Source: Rhodobiaceae bacterium (lineage in GTDB: Bacteria; Pseudomonadota; Alphaproteobacteria; Rhizobiales; NORP267). Taken from it: a stretch of DNA of 64,000 nt. The stretch covers positions 20,970 to 84,969 of the forward strand of contig JAGRLG010000030.1 in NCBI GenBank assembly GCA_020441905.1, in the 5' to 3' direction. The position numbers and the translations under genes are program-made. Shown piece after piece: positions 58,529 to 64,000 of this stretch; the stretch's first letter is position 1, and each line of letters opens with the position of its first letter. Below the pieces are notes generated by a model that did no database searches, was not told the DNA's origin, and saw only the letters and a program-made list of their open reading frames with translations.

Positions 58529-59509
58529 CTAGTTGCCTTTTTTGGAGCTGTCCGCGTCGTTTGTGTGCCCTGCCCGTGCTCCGTTCCCTGTGTCGTCAGT
58601 GGCGCCATTGGTTGAGTTCATCAGCCGGATAAAGACATCCTCGAGGCTGGTTTCGCCCCGTTTCCAGGTCAGTCCGGGGCGCTTGCGATAGGGCGCGATC
58701 GCCTTGTCCAGCGCGTCCGCATCGGCGCCCACGACATGAAGCGCGGCGCCGAAAGGGGCCACCTGGTCGATGCCCGGCGCGGCGCGCAGCTCGCCGGCAA
58801 GACGTGCCACCTCTTTGCCCTCGACATGCCAGGTCGTCAGGCGCGACTGGGCGACGACCTCCTGCCAGGTGCCGCGCGCGATGATGGTGCCATAGGAAAT
58901 GTAGACGATGCGGTGGCATCGTTCGGCTTCGTCCATGTAATGGGTCGAAACCAGCACCGTCACGCCGTCGGCGGCGAGGGCATGCACCTCGTCCCAGAAT
59001 TCGCGCCGCGCTTTGGGGTCGACGCCGGCTGTGGGTTCGTCGAGCAGCAGCAGTTTGGGTTCGTGCATGATGCAGGCGGCAAGCGCCAGGCGCTGCTTCC
59101 AGCCTCCCGATAAAGTACCGGCCAGCTGGTGCTGGCGGTCGCCCATCCCGAGCCGCGCGATGGCCTTGTCGACATGGGCGCGCAGCGGCGCGAGCTCATA
59201 GAGCCTGGCGACGAATTCGAGGTTCTCGCGGATAGTGAGGTCCTCATAGAAGCTGAAGCGCTGGGTCATGTAGCCGACCTGGCGCTTGATGAGGTCGGAT
59301 TGGGTGCGGATGTCGTAGCCAAGGCAGGTGCCGGTGCCGTCATCGGCCGCCAGCAGGCCGCAGATCATGCGGATCGTCGTCGTCTTGCCGCTGCCATTGG
59401 GGCCGAGAAAGCCGACGATCTCGCCCTTTTCGATCTGCATCGAGATATGATCGACGACAGTCTTGCCGGAGAAGGTCTTGGTCAGGCCCTGAACGTCGAT
59501 GACGCTCAT
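58529..59509 (-). CDS. ABC transporter ATP-binding protein
   Basis: Start MSVIDVQGL forms an ATGA overlap with the HlyD gene. Walker A GPNGSGKTT, LSGGWKQRLALA, LLLLDEPTAGVD. C-terminal accessory domain. Confidence 0.9.
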   Translation of the reverse strand: MSVIDVQGLTKTFSGKTVVDHISMQIEKGEIVGFLGPNGSGKTTTIRMICGLLAADDGTGTCLGYDIRTQSDLIKRQVGYMTQRFSFYEDLTIRENLEFVARLYELAPLRAHVDKAIARLGMGDRQHQLAGTLSGGWKQRLALAACIMHEPKLLLLDEPTAGVDPKARREFWDEVHALAADGVTVLVSTHYMDEAERCHRIVYISYGTIIARGTWQEVVAQSRLTTWHVEGKEVARLAGELRAAPGIDQVAPFGAALHVVGADADALDKAIAPYRKRPGLTWKRGETSLEDVFIRLMNSTNGATDDTGNGARAGHTNDADSSKKGN

Positions 59510-60474
59510 TGCGCCGCTCCCGCGTTGAGGATCACCTCGACCGGCTGGCCGGGGCTGAGCAGCGCGGCGTCGCCTTGCGGCTCGGCCTCGATCATGAAGA
59601 CCAGCTTGCGGCGGCTTTCCACCGAATAGATGACCGGCGGGGTATATTCCGCCTGCGCCGCGATATAGCTGATGGTTGCGGCAAGGCCATCGCCGCAACC
59701 ATCGCAGCTCAGGGTGACGGCCTGGCCCGGCGCCAGCATCGCGCGCCCGGCCTCGGGTACGAAAAACCGCACCACGCGGTTGCCGTCGGGCAGGATCGAC
59801 AGCACCGGCCCCTCGGGGGACGCCATTTCTCCCTCCCGCCGCAACACTTCGTCGACGATGCCGCCGGCAGGCGCGGTGACGACGCGCTGCTCCAGCTTCC
59901 AGCGCGCCAGCGCCAGCGCCGCGGTCTGGGCATCGGCGCGCGCCCGCGCCGCGGCGATGGCCTGTTCGCGCGCCGGCAGGCTCTGCGCGGCGATCTCGCG
60001 CTTTAAGGCTTCCACCCGCGCCTGCGCGCGGTCATTTGCCGCCTGGGCCTGGTCGAGCGCGGCATCGGAGGCGATCTTGCGTTGGAAAAGCTCGCGCTGG
60101 CGCTCAAGCGTCTGGCCGGCGTCCTTCAATCCGGCCTCGGCTTCGTCGAGCTGGGCGCGGGTGACCGCGATCTCTTCCTTGCGCTTGCCGCTGAACAGGT
60201 CGGTAAGCTCGGCCCGCGCCCGCTCCAGCTCGGCTTGCGCCTGCGCCAGGGCGGCCCGAGCATCGTCCTCTTCCAGCCGCGCCACCACCTGGCCCTTTTC
60301 GACCCGCTCGCCGCGCGAAACGGCAATCTCGGCAATGCGGGCTGCCTCGCGCGGCGCCACGGCGACATATTTGCCCTCGACATAGCCGGTATATCGTATC
60401 GTTCCGCCATTCTCCGAGCACGCCGCGAGAAGGCCGGCCATCGCCAGCGCCGCTGCAATCAGCCTGAGTTTCAT
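59506..60474 (-). CDS. HlyD-family membrane-fusion lipoprotein
   Basis: Start MKLRLIAAALAMAGLLAACS (lipobox LAAC). Long coiled coil and beta-barrel. ATGA overlap with the TetR gene. Confidence 0.85.
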   Translation of the reverse strand: MKLRLIAAALAMAGLLAACSENGGTIRYTGYVEGKYVAVAPREAARIAEIAVSRGERVEKGQVVARLEEDDARAALAQAQAELERARAELTDLFSGKRKEEIAVTRAQLDEAEAGLKDAGQTLERQRELFQRKIASDAALDQAQAANDRAQARVEALKREIAAQSLPAREQAIAAARARADAQTAALALARWKLEQRVVTAPAGGIVDEVLRREGEMASPEGPVLSILPDGNRVVRFFVPEAGRAMLAPGQAVTLSCDGCGDGLAATISYIAAQAEYTPPVIYSVESRRKLVFMIEAEPQGDAALLSPGQPVEVILNAGAAQ

Positions 60475-61166
60475 TGCTTTCTCCCGCTCTGCTCCGTCCC
60501 GTCTTGTCCCGCGCCCGCCGGCACCGGTCCCAGCCGCGCCAGGGAAATCCTGATCGCCGCCTCGATTTCCGCCCGCTCGCCGGCGCCGATCTCTTGCCAG
60601 CCCATGGCGCGCATCACCGCGGCGCGCGCCACGCGGAACACCAGCACCTGGCCAATCAGGATGAGGGCGCCAAGGCGCGCCTGCGCGCCGCCTTGCGGCA
60701 ATCGGCACACCACCGCCACCAGCCGCGACAGCAGGGCGATGTTCTGGCTCATGCCGCGTTCGTAAAGGATGTCGAAGGCGGGGCTTGGGCTCATCTGCTC
60801 GCGGACGATGAAGCGCGCCCAGCCTTCGGTGGCCGGATTGGAAACCAGCAGGGCGGTGAGGCCTTCGAGCAAAAGGGTGATGGCGCGCCGCGCGCTGTCC
60901 GGGTGAAGCGGCGCCGATGACAGCTCCTGTTGCAGCCGGTTTCCCGCCTCGCCCATGTGGGCGGCGATCTGGCCGGCGATATATTCGGCCACGGCGTTAT
61001 AGAGGCCTTCCTTGGAGCCGAAATGATATTTGATGGCGGCGAGATTGACGCCGGCGGCATCGGCGATGGCGCGGGTGCCGGCGCCCTCGAAGCCGAAGCG
61101 GCCGAAAAGGTCGAGCCCGGCCTCGATCAATCGGCTGCGCGTCTGTTGGGTAGGTCTGTTCGCCAC
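60471..61166 (-). CDS. TetR/AcrR-family transcriptional regulator
   Basis: GTG at 61166 with AGGA 8 nt upstream. HTH is TRSRLIEAGLDLFGRFGFEGAGTRAIADAAGVNLAAIKYHFGSKEGLY. The in-frame open extension to 61691 is not credible. Confidence 0.8.
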   Translation of the reverse strand: MANRPTQQTRSRLIEAGLDLFGRFGFEGAGTRAIADAAGVNLAAIKYHFGSKEGLYNAVAEYIAGQIAAHMGEAGNRLQQELSSAPLHPDSARRAITLLLEGLTALLVSNPATEGWARFIVREQMSPSPAFDILYERGMSQNIALLSRLVAVVCRLPQGGAQARLGALILIGQVLVFRVARAAVMRAMGWQEIGAGERAEIEAAIRISLARLGPVPAGAGQDGTEQSGRKQ

Positions 61167-61204
61167 GCCGCAAATCCTGTTCCCACAATTCCAGCAACAA
61201 ATAT

Positions 61205-61220
61205 AATCAAACGATTGATT
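61205..61220. promoter_or_regulatory. Imperfect palindrome AATCAAAC|GATTGATT, candidate TetR operator
   Basis: 7 of 8 positions are symmetric. Located 39-54 nt upstream of the TetR GTG in a locally AT-rich patch. Confidence 0.45.
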
Positions 61221-61246
61221 TAATGCAATGGGAACTGGTTGGTTGG

Positions 61247-61302
61247 CGTGGGAGTGGTGGCGTGGGAGTGGTGGCGTGGGAGTGGTGGCGTGGGAGTGGT
61301 GG
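61247..61302. repeat. Four perfect tandem copies of a 14-nt unit (CGTGGGAGTGGTGG), followed by degenerate ~13-15-nt G-rich units to about 61470
   Basis: Copies at 61247-61260, 61261-61274, 61275-61288 and 61289-61302. Then CTGGGAATGCTGG, CTGGGCGCCAGGG, TGCGGAGAGCCAAGA, TGCTGAGAGCCAAGG and so on. Confidence 0.95.
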
Positions 61303-61646
61303 CTGGGAATGCTGGCTGGGCGCCAGGGTGCGGAGAGCCAAGATGCTGAGAGCCAAGGTGCGGGGGCAAGGAATGGGGCAAAACGCGGGGGAGAGTGGGA
61401 GCCTGGGTACGCGGACGGGAGCCGAGGGGTTGGGCGAAGGGCGCGGGCGATGCGGGGGCGGGGGCCTTGCCACCCGCTCCTGCGTCGTTCCGGTGCAAAC
61501 GGCAACCTGCTGGCGATTGCGGCGGGCGGAATCCTAAAAAGCATTGTCCCTTCCTTCGCCCGCCACTTGCTCCGATAGGCTCTGAGCCCTCGCAGGAGCA
61601 TGGGAAGCTGGGGGCGGCGCATCGATCTGCCCGGCAAGAGCCGGCC

Positions 61647-61683
61647 AAACAAAAACGGCGGGGCCGTATGGTCCCGCCGTTTC
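61647..61683 (-). terminator. Rho-independent (potentially bidirectional) terminator after the Nfn-like oxidoreductase gene
   Basis: Stem ACGGCGGG (61655-61662) / CCCGCCGT (61673-61680) with a 10-nt loop. On the - strand it is followed by TTTTTGTTT; on the + strand by TTCGATTT. Confidence 0.8.
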
Positions 61684-61703
61684 GATTTCAATCCCCCTGA
61701 CGC

Positions 61704-64000
61704 CTATTCGGCGGCCTGCGCCGGCTGGTTCTGCAGGCAGTAGCGGATCCAGTTCGCCGTCACCTTTTCCGACACCGAGTTCTGCTTCAGCCTTTCGGCC
61801 AGCCCGCCCCAGTCGACCCGGTCCAGCGGCTGGTCCTGCTCGAAGCAGGTGAAGACGAAGCTCTTCTTGCCCGTGACCGGATCGGTATGGGGCTGCACGC
61901 ACTGGGCGCAGATTTCCTTCATCATGCACTGCATCGGCGAGTTGATGGAGCCGATGGCGAAATGGTCGGCCTTGAGCAGATGGCTGAGCTCGGCCTTTCG
62001 CGCCGCCGCCACCGCCGCCATCATCTTGTCCGAGCCGATGGCGATGATGCGGTCGACATCGCCGAGCGGAATCGGCTGTTCGCCGAACTCGCCCTCGCCA
62101 TAGGCGCGGATCGCCTGCACGATATTGCCGTGGAAGGCGCGATCCTGGGGGCGGCGCGGCTGCGGCACGTCGGCCTCGTCGCAGCACCAGACGATAAGGT
62201 CGGACGCGTTCTCGATGTCATCGACCTTGTAGAGGTCGTGGCGCTTCTTGTAGCCGGCGAAATAGAGCACCTTGCAGCCGGCCTGGCGCATCGCCTGGCC
62301 GATCGAGAACAGCACCGCATTGCCAAGCCCGCCGCCGACCAAAAGCACGGTTTCGCCCTGCGGGATCTCGGTCGGGCCGCCGGTTGGCCCCATCAGTACC
62401 ACCGGCTCGCCCGGCTTAAGCTGGGTACACAAATTGGACGAACCGCCCATCTCCAGCACGATGACCGCGATCAGCCCCTTTTCGCGGTCGACCCAGGCCC
62501 CGGTCAGCGCCAGCCCCTCCATCGCCAGCTTGGTGTGGCCGACATCGATGGCGTTCTTTTCGTAGTTCTGCACCCGGAAGAACTGGCCCGGCTTGAAATT
62601 GCGCGCCGAGGCCGGCGCCCGCATCACCACCTCGACGATATTGGGCGTCAGCCGCTCGACACGCACCACGGCGGGGCGCAGCTCGCCGTAGAGCCGGGCG
62701 AAAAAGGCCGGCCCGTCCTCACTGGCGCTGGCCTTGGTATTTTCCAGCACCTTGTTGACGGTGGGATAGCCCTGCTTGGCGCTGGCCATGGCTTTCACCA
62801 CATTGCCGAAAAAGCTGGGATGTAGATCGCCGAAAAAGCTCATGAAGCGCCCTTGCGGATTTCTGGCCAGCAGCACCGCGGGATCCGCCGGCTTGGAATG
62901 GGACCACTCGGCCTCAACCGGATTGCCATCGGTATCGCAGGGCTGGAAATATTTGCCGTCGAGGCGGAACAGCCCCTTTTCCTCGCGCGCCAGCACCGTG
63001 TTGGGCTGGGTGCCGGCGGCGACGAACACGGCGCGCGCCGGCGCGGTGATGATCTCGCCCTCGGTCCACTTGCCGTCCTCGTTCTCCACCTGGCGCGCCA
63101 GCCGCAAGCCGGAAACATGGCCAAAGCGGTCGATCTCGATGGCCTTGGGGTCGACGCATTCGGAAATGAAAATGCCTTCTTCCAGCGCCTTTTCCACTTC
63201 CTCGTGGTTGAGGCGGTAGGCCGGGGCATCGATCAGGCGCTTGCGGTAGGCCACGGTGGCGCCGCCCCAGCCCCGCAGCAGGCGGCCGATATCGGCGGTT
63301 TGGCCCGCCGCCTCGGCGCGCTCGCGCTCAGTGCGGATGGCGCGGGCGTGAAGCAGCCACTCATCCGCCGTCTCCACTTCCTCGTCCGACCAGTTGGCGC
63401 GCAGCTCGATCTCGCTGCCCGCGGCGCTCAAGCGTTCGTAGCGGCCAAGGAACTTTTCGACATGGCGCACATAATAGGCCAGCGACTCGGTGGCGGTATC
63501 CACCGCCGTCAGCCCGCCGCCGATGACCACGATCGGCAGCCGCAATTGCAGATTGGCGATGGAGTCCTTCTTCGCCGCGCCGGTCAGCTGCAATCCCATC
63601 AGGAAGTCGGAAGCCGTGCGCACGCCGCGCGCCATGCCGTTGGGAATGTTGAGCAGGGTGGGGCGCCCGGCGCCGGTGGCCATGGCGACGTGGTCGAAGC
63701 CGTATTTCCAGGCATCCTCGACCGAAATGGTGCCGCCGAAGCGGATGCCGTCGAACAGCGCGAACTGCGCGCGCCGCTCCAGCAGCAGGCGGATCACCTT
63801 GAGGAAATTCTTGTCCCAGCGCACGGTGATGCCGTATTCGGCGACGCCGCCGAAACCGGCCAGAACCCGCTCGTCGAGATTTTCGAAAAGCTCGCTCTCG
63901 ATGTCGTGGACGGGGCGGAAGGCAACTCGTTTGCCCTCCCGCGTAACCCCGGTCAGGTCCTCCGGCAGCGGCTCGATCTTCAGCCCGTCGATACCGACCA
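61704..64000 (-). CDS. Fused GltD/NfnB-like FAD-NAD(P) oxidoreductase + PyrK/NfnA-like FNR module with [2Fe-2S] site (N-terminus outside window)
   Basis: The frame stays open past 63824 to the window edge (..GVAEYGITVRWDKNF). VVIGGGLTAVDTA Rossmann motif. C-terminal part has FKPGQFFRV, LLVGGGLGNAVLFS and the Cys cluster MQCMMKEICAQC...FTCFEQDQ. Confidence 0.75.
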   Translation of the reverse strand, partial: VGIDGLKIEPLPEDLTGVTREGKRVAFRPVHDIESELFENLDERVLAGFGGVAEYGITVRWDKNFLKVIRLLLERRAQFALFDGIRFGGTISVEDAWKYGFDHVAMATGAGRPTLLNIPNGMARGVRTASDFLMGLQLTGAAKKDSIANLQLRLPIVVIGGGLTAVDTATESLAYYVRHVEKFLGRYERLSAAGSEIELRANWSDEEVETADEWLLHARAIRTERERAEAAGQTADIGRLLRGWGGATVAYRKRLIDAPAYRLNHEEVEKALEEGIFISECVDPKAIEIDRFGHVSGLRLARQVENEDGKWTEGEIITAPARAVFVAAGTQPNTVLAREEKGLFRLDGKYFQPCDTDGNPVEAEWSHSKPADPAVLLARNPQGRFMSFFGDLHPSFFGNVVKAMASAKQGYPTVNKVLENTKASASEDGPAFFARLYGELRPAVVRVERLTPNIVEVVMRAPASARNFKPGQFFRVQNYEKNAIDVGHTKLAMEGLALTGAWVDREKGLIAVIVLEMGGSSNLCTQLKPGEPVVLMGPTGGPTEIPQGETVLLVGGGLGNAVLFSIGQAMRQAGCKVLYFAGYKKRHDLYKVDDIENASDLIVWCCDEADVPQPRRPQDRAFHGNIVQAIRAYGEGEFGEQPIPLGDVDRIIAIGSDKMMAAVAAARKAELSHLLKADHFAIGSINSPMQCMMKEICAQCVQPHTDPVTGKKSFVFTCFEQDQPLDRVDWGGLAERLKQNSVSEKVTANWIRYCLQNQPAQAAE

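Noticed and set aside
61247-61302. Possible CRISPR array
   Set aside because: The units are 14 nt and directly abutting, with no spacers, no leader and no cas genes. This is a simple tandem repeat.
61167-61691. 175-codon in-frame extension of the TetR ORF through the tandem repeats (would encode HSHATTPTPPLPR repeats)
   Set aside because: There is no ATG near the HTH, the sequence is an AT-rich Cys/Asn patch followed by low-complexity repeats, and the 14-nt repeat unit is not codon-periodic. The extension also contains the candidate operator. The GTG at 61166 with an AGGA RBS gives a normal-length TetR.

Overview
This is a GC-rich, gene-dense chromosomal segment. Its gene content looks alphaproteobacterial (Hyphomicrobiales/Rhizobiales-like): psd-pssA pair, DUF2865-type protein, class II DAHP synthase, TRAP transporter, soluble chemoreceptors. 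All homology calls come from reading the supplied translations and recognising motifs; no database search was possible.

I support about 55 CDS, one tRNA-Val(CAC), several rho-independent terminators, three candidate operator repeats and a few short tandem repeats. I found no transposase, integrase, phage gene, CRISPR array or rRNA, so most of the window is ordinary core genome. The core genes include rpiA, gor, nadE, gltX, cysS, cimA, psd/pssA, a homogentisate catabolic cluster, TRAP, RND, ABC and MFS transporters.

The best candidate for an undescribed system is at the left edge (1-5113). A B-family-like haem-copper oxidase subunit I is followed, after a strong terminator, by a tightly packed operon:
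- haem O synthase
- a doubly anchored Sco copper chaperone
- a three-module fusion (dihaem cytochrome b + 2x[4Fe-4S] ferredoxin + MvhD/FlpD-like domain)
- a translationally coupled membrane-anchored orphan
- a bacteriohemerythrin

This resembles the poorly characterised norSY-senC-orf1 (sNOR-type) loci as I recall them, and could be an NO or O2 reductase with its own electron-input module.

Secondary points of interest:
- a soluble chemoreceptor with signalling domain, then PilZ, then a His/Cys-rich C-terminal domain
- a globin-coupled chemoreceptor
- an MMPL-type exporter translationally coupled to a small secreted beta-rich protein
- a fused NfnB/NfnA-like (GltD-like + PyrK-like) oxidoreductase running off the right edge
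- an ~890 bp non-coding region with an AT-rich island upstream of the TRAP operon
- a decaying 14-nt G-rich tandem array upstream of a TetR-HlyD-ABC operon

The many long antisense ORFs in the track are GC-driven shadow ORFs and were rejected.
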